From the human T2T-CHM13v2.0 reference genome, Homo sapiens, in the NCBI RefSeq assembly GCF_009914755.1, contig NC_060926.1: a stretch of DNA of 64,000 nt, one strand, 5' to 3'. Below, piece by piece: positions 1 through 12,611 of this stretch. Made by a program: the position numbers and the translations under genes. Below the pieces are notes generated by a model that had not been told where the DNA came from, did no database searches, and worked only from the letters and a program-made list of their open reading frames with translations. Within the stretch, counting starts at the first letter, position 1; every line of letters starts with the position of its first letter.

Positions 1-234
<234 letters not shown>

Positions 235-329
235 ATCTTACTATGTCATAATCCTACAATTATCTATTCTGTTTCCTGTTCCTCACTAGGCTAACATCTG
301 TTCTGACCACATCCTTCCAAACCAATAAA

Positions 330-900
330 GGCACAGGAACCAGCACGGCATCAGACATCTCAAAAACAATCTTGGGAAAAAAGGGGATTAAAGACAAACC
401 TTCAATCTCCAAGGGAGATTGATTTCTGAGCTAGAATTCTGTAACAATCCTGACAGATAATAAAGTGTAAGGGTAAAATAAAGACATTTTTACGCATGTA
501 GGCTCTCAAAAATTGTTTAATTTCTGTGAACCCTTTCTCAGGAAGCTAGAGGATGTATTCCACCAAGAAAATAAACGTTTTAGGATCTAAGGAGCAGGGG
601 TTAGTACATAGCAAAACCAAAGAGATTTTCCAGGAAATGGTGAGGAATATCCTCAGGACAATAGTTGTACATACATCTGAGTGCAGGAACAGAAAGATAT
701 GGGAATAAAACAGAACTGATTGAATGCTTAACTAATCTTGCCTTGTAGAAAACAATATAACTTAAAATATTTAAAAATGTATTTTTAATTTCAGAAAAAG
801 TAAAAGAAAGTACAACAAATGTAGTGTATGCATATTATATTATTTTGCTAAGCTCTCAGTATTATCGATATAGCTATAATATTATAAACATTATTGGGAT
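330..900 (+). mobile_element. Ancient L1/HAL1-like ORF1 3' fragment
   Basis: CTAGAATTCT...AAGTGTAAGGGTAAAATAAAGACATTTT...CCCTTTCTCAGGAAGCTAGAGGATGTATTCCACCAA resembles the end of HAL1/L1M ORF1; limits approximate. Confidence 0.6.
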
Positions 901-949
901 AATGGGCAAGATATATAATATGTAAGGGCCAAATTCTTATCTTCTAAAA

Positions 950-1245
950 TATGCATTAATCCTTTCATCCTGCCATATCATTTCTAGGAATATTTCCCAA
1001 AAGAAAATTGTTAAATTTTTAATAACTTATGGCCAAGGTTATTCACTTTGATATTATTTATAATAGCAAAAAGTGGATATGATTTGATGAATTTAATGGA
1101 CAACTGACTCAGTAAACTATGGTACATTCCCACAATAAAATATAATGCAGTTATAGAAAAGGAATAAGGAAGATCTTTGTATATCAAGTGATCTCTTAGA
1201 TATACTGTTAAATGGCAAAAGTCAAAATATACAATTGTGACTAAT
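950..1245 (+). mobile_element. L1ME-type 3' end fragment
   Basis: TTTCTAGGAATATTTCCCAA, TTATTTATAATAGCAAAAA, TAAACTATGGTACATTCCCACAAT and GATATACTGTTAAATG motifs of old L1 3' ends. Confidence 0.65.
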
Positions 1246-1722
1246 AAATGCAGAGCAAATAACTGAACTACTAAATCGCTACTTTGTAATTCCTAAAGAA
1301 ATTTTTAAATCAAGTTAAAATCATCATCACATGAAACTGTTAGAAAAAGGTTTTAAATGGAATTTTAAAGTAGAGACATTAGGTTGTCATCCCCTGAATC
1401 CAAATTTTAGTCATAACATCTACTGAGAATAGGAGGACCAAACATTATCCAGACCTGATGTTCTTCTGGAGGTCTGACAGGAAATCTTAAGTCATCATCT
1501 TACATTCGATTTTTTTTAACTCTTCTTATTTATCTTAACAAATGCCTATAATTGGTACATTCTACTCCATAACATATGCACTTATTGCACTTATTTTGAT
1601 ACAACACTATCAATGTTTTAATTATATGCCACTGAGCAAAATTGATGCTCTAGAAATATGTACCTTATATCTTCTGTAGTTTCATGTAGTTTCCTCCTTT
1701 CTTGCTTAAAGATTTTCACCAT

Positions 1723-1728
<6 letters not shown>

Positions 1729-1794
<66 letters not shown>
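1729..1794. repeat. Compound microsatellite (TG)16(AG)17
   Basis: Directly visible. Confidence 0.98.
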
Positions 1795-1795
<1 letters not shown>

Positions 1796-1822
1796 CAACA
1801 TTTTCACAAAGTTTGGTGGTTA

Positions 1823-1958
1823 AGGCAGAAGAATCGCTTGAACCTGGGAGGCGGAGGTTTCAGTGAACCAAGATCATGTCACTGCACTCCAGCCTGGGCG
1901 ACAGAGTGAGACTCCATCTCAAAAATAAAATAAAATAAAATAAAATAAAATAAATAAA
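1823..1958 (+). mobile_element. 5'-truncated Alu right-arm fragment with (TAAAA)n tail
   Basis: AGAATCGCTTGAACCTGGGAGGCGGAGG...GACAGAGTGAGACTCCATCTC followed by (AAAAT)n. Confidence 0.93.
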
Positions 1959-2369
1959 GATAGAAAAAAGAAAAAAATTAAAAGAATGTCTAAGATGATA
2001 CTAGGAATGTCTTTCTTTGGTCGGTTTTATTTGAAAATAGAAGAGACATAATTAGGATTGTTGGCAAGTGAAGAAAGGCTAAGTGGAAGAGTATGGATTG
2101 AAGATGATAGAATGAAATAATGTTTGATGGATCAGTACAAAAAATAGAAGAGGAGAAAGGGAAGAGAACACAAAAAAACACTGCAGAAAATACAGTAGCT
2201 CAGTGAACTATGGCATACAATATTCAGTCAAATTAACATCAACTCAAAATAGGTGGGACTCACTTCCATATCCAACTCCAAATTTCTCCAGTGAATTTAT
2301 CTCACTTTCTAGACTGTCCTAGTATGTTAGATACTATCCTTTGAATACAAGTGAAATTTTAATTCCTCT

Positions 2370-2586
2370 GCTTACTATGTACTAGGCACAGTTCTAAGTG
2401 CCTAAATGTATTACCTCAAGCAATCCCTTGAGTGGTATGGAGCAGGATATACATCTTCATTCCACAGATCGATAACTGAAATACAGAAAGGCTAAGTAAC
2501 TTGCATAAGTCAGACATCTAGTAAGTTGTAGAGTCAGGAATCAAACATAGGGATTCTAATTCCACAACCTGCATGCTTAATCAACT
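2370..2586 (-). mobile_element. MIR SINE
   Basis: Core ACAGAT..AACTGA..ACAGAAAGGCTAAGTAACTTGC..AAGTCA..CTAGTAAGT matches the reverse complement of MIR. Confidence 0.8.
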
Positions 2587-3599
2587 CTAATATAAGCAGT
2601 CAGGTTTGATTCCTTATGGATTTCCATTGTTAAAACTGTATAATAATATTCTCTTTTCTGACTTTTAACACGTCTTTAAAATAACAGCAAACTGAAGCAA
2701 CTTCAAAAGTAGAATAAAAAACATTTTTAAAGAAGAGAATAATAAAAACAGGTATTCTTTGTACAGAACAGAAGATTTCTAAGATAAAAACAATACTATT
2801 CATTCATGCAGTAATTTACCAATATAAATATCACTAGTTAATCTTAAAGTTATGCAAGATGACTGGTCAAGGTCCTAAATGATCCATGGAAAATTAGTTT
2901 CACATATAAATTCAATTGTGTTAATAGTGGTTATTAATCAATGTCAACAACAGCAAGTAAAATAAGATTGGTTACTTCTATTAATAAGTGAACAAAATTG
3001 GTGTCTTCTGTGACTCAGCAAAGGTTATGTTAAACATTAAACTGCAAAAACTTTTTATCATATTATGCATAGTTTTTCATCTTATTGGCCCTGACATGTA
3101 ATGATAAAAGGGCTGAGATTTATAACTAAATATGTGCTGGATGTAGTAAATATTCTGCTCTAAAATCCTTATAGCACTTATAGCTACTGGGTATTATTAG
3201 AGCAACTGGACATTATTATAATGGTTTAATTAAATGGTTTAATTGCATTCTGGACATTTTCCCATTTGCACAAAAATAAATCTCTTTTTTTAGTTCCTTC
3301 TGTTCTTAGTATATGTACCAAAAACTAAATTACTTAATTGGTTGAAAAAAACACAGGAACTTTTCATTTCCTTTTAAATAGAATAAAATGCTCATATGTT
3401 CTATAATGGTGCTAACAGCTAAATCTCTTAAGAATAATATATTCAAACTGATATTTAACTTGGCAATTAAGGAAATTATCTTAGTTTCATGTTCTGTTTA
3501 CACTAGGAAGTTCGTATTTAGGTTAACTGAGGGTTGATATTTTAAATGGTGGCAAATTTCCAGAGTCAAATGGAATCTCTCATGCAAGACATAATTCAA

Positions 3600-4110
3600 G
3601 CTAGAATTGACTGCCTTCAGGCAGACAACACTTCTACCAAAAGTCACCAACATCTTGACTCAATATATAAATATTGAGGCATCACAGGGCTGTTGAGGCA
3701 ACCAAGACTTGCAAAACTAATATATCAAAGAAAAGAGAGCCATAGAATGGTGAACCAATATTTTGTGAGTCATTTTTCCCCTATAAGTATTTGTATATCT
3801 TGGATCTCACTCAGAGACTGTGAATCCAGGCAGAAAGCCATAGTGATAGGGTAGAGATGCCAGCAGAGCACAATCTCACAAGACTAGAGAGACAAATGTC
3901 AGGAGGTCAAGGCCCTATGATTAAAGGGGCTGAGATCCAGTGAGATGGGAGTCACAGAGTGAACAAATCCAATTCTCAGTGGTTTCCCCCTCTAGACATT
4001 TTCCCTATTCTTAAGCTTCTCAGAGAAAACAGCTAAAATGCTAAGCAGAAAACCACTGGAAAGCAAAATGAAGTTAGAATTAGTAAGATTAATAAGCTCA
4101 CCGGATACAA
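3600..4110 (+). mobile_element. Probable old L1M 5' region fragment
   Basis: TTTCCCCCTCTAGACATTTT and GCTAAGCAGAAAACC motifs recall L1M4/L1MC 5' regions; weak. Confidence 0.35.
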
Positions 4111-4130
4111 GGTTTGTCACTGTATTCCTA

Positions 4131-5352
4131 TGTTATGGGCTGAATTACGTCACCAAAATTTATATGTTGAAGTCCTAACACCTGATACCTCAGAATATGA
4201 CTATTTGGACATATGGTCTTTAAGGGGGTAAGTTAAAATGAGGTTATTACTGTGGATACTAATCCAATATGACTGGTGTCCTTATAAGAAGAGATTTGGA
4301 CACAGAGAAGGAAGACAATGAGAAGACACAAAGAGAAAGCAGCCATCCAAACCAAGCATAGAAGCCTCAGAAGATACCAACCTTACCAACACCTTGTTCT
4401 CAAATTTCTAGCCTCCAGAATTATGATAAAATAAATTTTTGTTTTTTACAAACAACCCCATCAAAAAGTGGGCCAAGGATATGAACAGACACTTCTCAAA
4501 AGAAGACATTTATGCAGCCAAAAAACACATGAAAAAAATGCTCGTCATCACTGGCCATCAGAGAAATGCAAATCAAAACCACAATGAGATACCATCTCAC
4601 ACCAGTTAGAATGGCGATCGTTAAAAAGTCAGGAAACAACAGGTGCTGGAGAGGATGTGGAGAAATAGGAACACTTTTACACTGTTGGTGGGACTGTAAA
4701 CTAGTTCAAACATTGTGGAAGTCAGTGTGGTGATTCCTCAGGGATCTAGAAATACCATTTGACCCAGCCATCCCATTACTGGGTATATACCCAAAGGATT
4801 ATAAATCATGCTGCTATAAAGACACATGCACACATATGTTTATTGCAGCACTATTCACAATAGCAAAGACTTGGAACCAACCCAAATGTCCAACAACGAT
4901 AGACTGGATTAAGAAAATGTGGCACATATACACCATGGAATACTATGCAGCCATAAAAAATGAAGAGTTCATGTCCTTTGTAGGGACATGGATGAAACTG
5001 GAAACCATCATTCTCAGCAAACTATCGCAAGGACAAAAAACCAAACACTGCATGTTCTCACTTATAGGTGGGAGTTGAACAATGAGAACACATGGACACA
5101 GGAAGGGGAACAACACACTCCAGGGACTGTTGTGGGGTGGGGGGAGGGGGGAGATATACCTAATGCTAAATGACAAGTTAATGGGTGCAGCACACCAACA
5201 TGGCACATGTATACATATGTAACAAACCTGCACATTGTGCACATGTACCCTAAAACTTAAAGTATAATAATAAAAAAATTAAAAAAAAAAAATTTTGTTT
5301 TTTTAAACCCCCAATCTATGGTACTTTGTTACAGCAGCCCTAGCAAACTATG
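4131..5352 (+). mobile_element. MLT1B-like MaLR solo LTR, split by an L1PA insertion (4447-5291)
   Basis: Starts TGTTATGGGCTGAATT, contains AATCCAATATGACTGGTGTCCTTATAAGAAGAG, resumes after the L1 and ends GCAGCCCTAGCAAACTA; TCCTA at 4126-4130 and 5353-5357 is a possible TSD. Confidence 0.88.
4447..5291 (+). mobile_element. 5'-truncated L1PA (approx. L1PA4): ORF2 C-terminus, 3'UTR and polyA
   Basis: ORF 4836-5078 is the ORF2p C-terminus ([19 protein letters not shown]...); 3'UTR ends ACCCTAAAACTTAAAGTATAAT; near-identical TSD AAATTTT(T)GTTTTTT on both sides. Confidence 0.97.
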
Positions 5353-5759
5353 TCCTATAAACCATCAATGATTAGAAATACTAAATTTTAAATGAATAAT
5401 ACTTCAATAACACAGATAGTCATCAAAACTAAGAAATAAAATAATTAAAACATTCTATAGTTGAACTTTATCCCACTAACTAAAAAATACTCCTTAGAAT
5501 CCTGCATTTTGGGGGCATTTCATAATTCCAGGAGCAGTCCTATGTAGCATATCTTAAGGTTCCATTCCTCCAGAAGTTCTGAGTCACAGAAAAACTGAAG
5601 TTATTTCTATAATGTCAGAGTTTCAAGCTTCTCTTCCTCAATTAACTGACAAACAGTGATGACTGTACAATTCTCCAATGGTACTTTAATAGGAAAGGCC
5701 ATTGACTAAATGTATAGTTCTTAACAAGATTAAAAAGCAAAAAAATGGATGAAAGCATT

Positions 5760-5960
5760 AAAAGGAAATACAGAAAAACATTTTTAGCATTGTTTCATAA
5801 GGACCATCTTCAGAGGCAAGAAATAAAACAAAGCCATTATGAAATATATTGACATATTTGACTTCATGATGATTAATATTCTCTGTGTAGCAAAAGACAC
5901 CATAACTGTCATTAAAAGACAAATGAGAGACTGGAAACAAACTATTTGCTATAAACCCAA
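5760..5960 (+). mobile_element. Old L1M ORF2 fragment
   Basis: ATTGACATATTTGACTTCAT...CAAAAGACACCATAA...AAAAGACAAATGAGAGACTGGAAA. Confidence 0.6.
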
Positions 5961-6436
5961 GGAGGTTCAATGAATGACTAAGGGGACTCAATTTTCTATC
6001 TCAGAAACAGTATATGTAAAAAAGGCATTAATATTGATAGAAGTACATCATAAGCACTGGGAACACAAAGGAAAATGAGGCAGAGTTATTGCCATCTAGG
6101 AGCCCATAATGCAGTGGCAGAACGTTTGAGTAAACGAACTGTTACCAGAGAAAGTGGACTGCTATAATGAAGTTTTACACAGAAAGGTACTTTGAAGTGA
6201 GAGGACCTAATATCAGTTAGGGTCAGTGAGATGTGACATAGAGAAGAAAACAAAACGTGATGGGTGAGCAGTGATGCTGCAAAGAAAAGGAAACGTGTCA
6301 ACAATTTCTCAAAAGTAGAAGCAAAAACTAGGCAGACAAGAAATTGGAAGGAGTCTGGGACAAGGTAATGATGTATGAGGTGGGCAAGAAAAAACATTTT
6401 AGGCAGAGAAATTCTACACATGTTGAATTTCTACAA

Positions 6437-6570
6437 TTTTAGTTTATGCATAGTTTTCTTAAGTTTCCTCTGAAAACCCACACATTTCTACATGTGTAGT
6501 AGAACTTCTACATATGTAAAAGTGTTTGGGTTTTCAGAGGAAACTTAAGAAAACTATGCATAAATTAAAA
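6437..6570. repeat. Long inverted repeat (63-bp arms, 8-nt loop)
   Basis: 6437-6499 matches the reverse complement of 6508-6570 at 58/63 positions. Confidence 0.97.
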
Positions 6571-9133
6571 CTGCCATCCACAAAGAAAGCAAATTTCCAT
6601 ATCCTGATTGTAGGAGTATGGGCATTCGGCATTGTACCACGCCACTGGTGGTGAGCAGTAGGGTCTGATGGCTACTTTGCATATGCCTGAGATGGGCCGA
6701 CTCAGGCAGGTCACAAATTGATGAGGGTTAATTTCTGATATAACTTCAAGTTCATGAAGTCATTATGTCTGATGTTACATTTCTTTTTCCTCAAGTACTG
6801 ACCCATTACCTGTCTCCTTAAATCTTTAGCTCCTGCTCTCTTTTCATAAATGAAGTCTCAATACTACGCCATTTACCATATGCCTGGAATCCACATCCCT
6901 GTCAGAGTAGATTATTCTTTCAAATAACCACAGCAATACTAGCTTGTTTATATAAATGCAACAAGCTGCATTAGAAAAACAGGAGGATAGCAATTATAGA
7001 ATCTTTCTCTTCATTTTGTTTCAAAATAAGTGACTCAGCCTATCCAATATGTGGACCCCGGAAAAACACAATGAGTCATTGGTGACTATCCAATGGAGAC
7101 CATTAAGCTGTCAGCACCTCCTCCTACCATTCTCTGCTGGTATGAAGTTCTCTAAAGTTAAATTCAACATTATGGAATCCCAGTTATTTTGTGGAATCTA
7201 ATTATAATTGCTGACCAACAGATTAACAACCATGCAAGCCCTCTGCAAACATAGCTAAATTATGGCTGCTACCAAATTTTTATTGGATTAAATTATCTAT
7301 GACATTTTCTAAATTTTGCATCTATGCCATGAAAGAAATAGTAATTAGAAGACCATTAAATCTTAAAATGACCTAAATTATTGGTAAAAACTTAAAGAAC
7401 AAAAATTGATTCAGTCAAGAAATATTTGTGAATTTCCTTCAAATTGTTAAAAAATAAATACCCTACAATAGATATTACCTATAAGAATAATAAACAAAGT
7501 TCAAATAGACTTTCTCTTTTCTAAAAACACAATCAATTTCTTAACATTATATATGTAAAGAATTGAAGTTGGCTAAATTTTACACTTTTAAAATGTAAAT
7601 GTTTTATTTTGATTTATAATCAAAATATTATGTGTGCTCAAGCATGTGTTGTCTGCAAAGAATACAATGCCCAAATAAAAAATACAATTCACCAAATGTT
7701 ACATTATCTTACCTTTATTTCACAGATAGAGCTAAATATTGTCAAATTAACATGCTCAAAAGTAAAATATGGCATGCCAATTTGACTTATCATTCCCCAT
7801 CAAAAAATGAATGATGAATATCAGTTTTAAAGCATCTTAACTCATTTGCATGATACTGTGTTTAGTTTCTCTTAATTTGCTTTATGCTGTGATTTTATGT
7901 CTGCTAGAGCTATGAATTGAGTTAAATATCTAGATATGGATTTTGTAGGAATTTAATCTTCACCAAGTCAATTTTCCAAATCAAATCAACTCCAACATAT
8001 CGGAGTATGTACATTTAAAGACTGGTCATATTGACAAGAACAGAAGCATTTTGTTGCTTCTAATTCATATATGTTGTTAGCACCCGTGAATTTAAACTCA
8101 GATAAACATATGGTCAAATAAAAACATAATTTGACAAATATCATAAGGATAATAAACATTTTTATGTCAATGTACTGTAAATACATTAAGAGGATTTTCA
8201 GACATTCGAAATTCATTTTCAAAGTGAATGAGTTACCATTTTTGCCTAGGGAAATATACTAAGTCTATAGAGAAATACAAGCAAACAACTCCATTCTGTT
8301 TGTGCCCAGAATAAATGACAGAGCTTATATTTTCTAATTCATTTTGTCTCTGTAGCATTAAAGCAAGCATTTTAAAATGGCTCCATCCTTACCCTTACAA
8401 AGAGAGCAGACATATTTTCCATAAATTAATGATGATCAATTTTAAATGTATCCTCAGTATTTTTAACTACTTTAGTGTCTCTAGTTAACTTTTCTCGTTT
8501 TTATAACAAGTATTTAAAGCTAATTGCACTTTTCCCAAACATCCAACCCCTCTCCCCACCTTGCTTCTCTTTATCTTAGCAGATAATCTCACCACTTGTT
8601 TTCTGAGAAAAACTGAGCCATTTGATGGGTATTCCTTGGTTTTTAAACATACGATCTACCTGTGTCAACACCTATTCTATTTCATCTCCTCCTGTTGCAA
8701 TTAAAGACATTTCCTTCCAGCTCTCCAAAGCCAATGCCTCTATGTTTAGATCTCCACCATTACCATATTTTCACAAATACACACTTGAAAATATGTATGT
8801 ATTCTCTTCTCCCTGCCTTTCAACTTGTGCTCTCAATTTGATTCTTCCCCTCAAGTTTTTGAGTACTCTTCTATTAAAAAATAAAACTAATAAAAACCAA
8901 AACTGTCCCCTGATCCCACACTCCCTTTATCTCCATCACAGCCAACATTCCTGTAAGAGTTGTCTACTCACCACTGTCTCTATTTCCTCATATCCCACTC
9001 CTTCTTCAACCACTCCAACTTGACTCCTTCATACATCATTCCATCAAAAAAGCACCCCTAAACTCACTAATCAGCTCCAGAAAGTTTAGTCAAAAGGGTA
9101 CTTTTTGGTCTTTATCTTACTTGATTCAACATT

Positions 9134-9729
9134 TGTATTAGTCAGAGTTATTCAGAGAAACAGGTAAATAGGATAGATAGATAGATAGATAGATAGATAG
9201 ACAGATAGATGGAGATAGAGATTTATTATGGAAATTGGCTCATACAATTATGGAGACTGAGAAGTTCCCATGATATGCTGTCTACAAACCGGATAACCAG
9301 GAAAGCCAGTGATGTGATTCCATGAGAACCAGGGAGTCTGATGGTGTAACTCCCAGTTTGAGGCTGAAGGACTGAGAACCAGGATCAGGGTTGTCGGGGT
9401 AGTGGAGCCAGAATGTTCTGTAAGTCCTACAGTTTAAAGGCCTGAGAATCAAGAGCTCCAAAGTCCAAGAGCAGCAGAAGATGGATGTACAAGCTTAAGA
9501 GAGGGGAGAATTTGCCTTTCCTCAGCCTGTTTGTTCTATTCCTGACCCTCAATGTATTGGCCGATTCTCATTCACATTGGTGAGGATGAATCTTCTTTAC
9601 TCAGTCTACTGATTCAAATGCTAATCTCGGCCAGAAACACCTTTATAGATGCTCCCAGAAATAATGTTTGACAAGCTATCTGGACATCCCTCAGCCCTGT
9701 CAAGTTGACACATAAAATTAACTGTCATG
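9134..9729 (-). mobile_element. MLT2 (MLT2C/D-like) ERVL solo LTR
   Basis: Ends GTCAAGTTGACACATAAAATTAAC (reverse complement of the MLT2 start); CTCAGTCTACTGATTCAAATGCTAATCTC; 5-bp TSD ACATT at 9129-9133 and 9730-9734. Confidence 0.9.
9172..9210. repeat. (GATA)n tetranucleotide repeat inside MLT2
   Basis: Directly visible. Confidence 0.95.
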
Positions 9730-9832
9730 ACATTTAATAATTATTTACTGAGCACTCATTGTGTTTGAGGAACATATACTTGGGACATATCAGAGAACAA
9801 AGTAAAGATCCCTTGCGGAGCTTATATTCTTA
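9730..9832 (-). mobile_element. L2 3' end fragment, antisense
   Basis: TATTTACTGAGCACTC..TGGGACATATCAGAGAACAA..GGAGCTTATATTCT. Confidence 0.65.
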
Positions 9833-10934
9833 AATAAGACTCAGCAGTATGAAGGCTCTTGACCACTCACTTCTACTTGAAGCGTTTTCTTTCCTTTGTT
9901 TCCTTGAAACAACAATCAGCTGGTTTTCCTTCTGTTATATTTGCCATTTCTCCTCTGGTTTATTCTATTTTAGCAGACCATAAAAATTTGAAGTTCCTCA
10001 AATTTCTGTCTTAGACTATCTTCTCTTCTTATGTTCATGATAGCCACCTCTCTGAAATCTGAAACCAATTGTCTACTTGACATTTCTCTTAAATTATCAA
10101 AATTACTTCATATTCAACAAATCAAAAATTTAATTCATGTTATTTTCTCCCAAATCAGTGTTTCCTAGCTCAGAGAATGGGACCACCATATATTTATACT
10201 ATATTATTGTGTATTATCTTCCTTTCCAAATCTAACATGAAGTCCTTTCAATTTTATTTACCAAATATCTCTTTTTTCCAATCTCTACTGCACTCAATCT
10301 AGCCCTGGTGAGAATGACTCTCTCCTGGGTTAATACCATAATCTTTCCTCAGTCTTCTTGCATCCTCCCTTATGCCTGTTTCTGTTTGAAGCCAGAGAAA
10401 TCTTTTGAAAAAGAATAATTATGTCTAAGATCATTTATTAAGATAAAGTGAAATGCAAGGATTTGTGGGTTTCTCAGACACTCCCCATTCTCCAACATTA
10501 TCTCACACCATCCTCAACCTCATTCTCTTCCACATATAGTGGCTTATATTTGCTCTTCTGTGCTTACTATATTACAAACCATCACAAAGCATTTATACAT
10601 ACTGTTTACTTAACCTGGAAAATACTCCCTCATGGGTGTCCCCCAGATCTCTATTCAATCTACTTTCTTAAGGAAACCTCTCCTGAATGTTTTGATTATG
10701 TAAAATTTTTCTACTTTTATCTCTCCTCTCCATCACAGTACTTCTGTGAAAATTTTAATTTGTGACATTTGCTAATTAATATTATTTGTCTCTCCCACTA
10801 CAGCACATGCAGCATGATGTCAAACACTGCATTTGTATATTTTCACCATTGGATCCCCAGCACCTAACTTGGTACCTATAGTGTAGTAGATTCTCAATAA
10901 ATTATTGATTTAATTAATACATACAAAGAACTAC

Positions 10935-11334
10935 TGTTACTGGTTTAATTGCATCCCTCAAAAATATATATGTTGAAGTCCTAATCTCAAGGCCTCAGAA
11001 TGTGGCCTTATTTGGACATAGAATCTTTTCAGGGCAATCAAGTTAAAATGAATTCATTAGAGGGGTCTCTAATCCAATATTACTGGTGTTCTCATAAAAA
11101 GGGAAAATTTGGACACAGAGACATACATACAGGGAAGATGATGTGAAAATATATAGGGAGAAGACGGCCATGTACAACCCAATGAGAGAGGACTGGAATA
11201 GATTCTTCCCTCAGAAGGAACCAACATCTCAATTTTGGACTTCTAGCCTTCAGAACTGTGACACAATACATTTCTGTTGTTTTAGCCACCCAATCTGTGG
11301 TACTTAGTTACAGCAGCCCTAGCAAACTGATAAA
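10935..11334 (+). mobile_element. MLT1B MaLR solo LTR
   Basis: TGTTACTGGTTTAATTG...TATGTTGAAGTCCTAA...GCAGCCCTAGCAAACTGATAAA; exact 5-bp TSD ACTAC (10930-10934, 11335-11339). Confidence 0.92.
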
Positions 11335-11583
11335 ACTACTTACTAATTATAAAAACATTGTGCATATGTCATCCTAGGTATTAGAATTGAAAAATCTGTG
11401 TATATATACACATGTTTGTGTTAAGTGTTAGAAAAATCTTATAGACTTCTACTCTATCTATATTTTAAGAGCTACTCAGTCTTTTTTCCAATTCACATTT
11501 TGGGCTTACCTCATGATATTCCAAATTTATAAATGAACCCATGCCCAAGTAACATGTATTTTAAACATCCCTGGTGCCAGTTA

Positions 11584-11836
<253 letters not shown>

Positions 11837-12389
11837 TTAAGATGCAGCCATGCCACTACAAGCTTCTACAATCTTCTCAACAAGAGAAGCCCTAAAGAGA
11901 TATATTTCACTTTTGCTCACATTTCATTAACCACAACTGGCCACATAGTCACATGGTTGTACTTATCATCAAGGAAATGGAGAGTTTAATTCTCCAAATA
12001 CCCAGAAATAGAGGAGAATTGAACATTATTAATGCCTACTACAAATCTACTGTGATAGTTAAAATTAGGAAACTTGCTAGGGTAGATCAAATAGCTCCTA
12101 ATAAGTTCTGCTTCTAAGAGGGAGATTTTAGGTTGGTGACTTGGGCTCAACACCAGATCTGAGAGTTCCAGGAGAAGAAATGGTTCTAACACTGCATATT
12201 ACTGAAGCTAGAATCCCTTCCCACTCCAGTTACCTTAGCCTTGTAATCTTGCTATGGGAAGGATACTCAACCATGTGCATATAAAGTAAAAGAGCTGTGA
12301 TCTTGCAGCACAAGCACGGAACATCACTGTGGTACCAGCAGATATCTAGGTTAGCAAATACCTCACCACAAGAGTAGGCAAACATTCAT

Positions 12390-12610
12390 CAGTTAAATAC
12401 TCACTAAATATCTAGTGAGTGCCTATGTCAGCCAGTTAGGTTCTGGAGAAGTGATGCAGCAACAGAAACATTCTCTGTTATCATGGAGCTTAGAGTCTAG
12501 TACAGAATTCAGCCAAAATCACACTAACAGATGAATAATTTAAAACAGAATGAATACGCTGAAGGAACAACTCCATGATTTCTTTTTACAAAGAACCTGA
12601 CCTCCACAGT
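12390..12610 (-). mobile_element. L2 fragment; probably continues at about 14020-14260
   Basis: TCACTAAATATCTAGTGAGTGCCTATG..CATGGAGCTTAGAGTCTAGT; the later segment AGACTGAAG..TAGGAGTTAACCA..GGGAACAGCAT is typical antisense L2. Confidence 0.6.
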
Positions 12611-12611
12611 G

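Larger units (their letters stand above)
8560..10917 (+). mobile_element. L2 LINE relic (interrupted 9123-9835)
   Basis: Pyrimidine-rich L2 ORF2-like text, TTATCTTACTTGA//CTCAGCAG..GACCACTC, and 3' end CCCCAGCACCTAA..TAGTAGATTCTCAATAAAT. Confidence 0.75.

Noticed and set aside
6636-6656. CTCF-like motif CGCCACTGGTGGTG
   Set aside because: One base short of the core spacing on either strand; not supportable without ChIP data.
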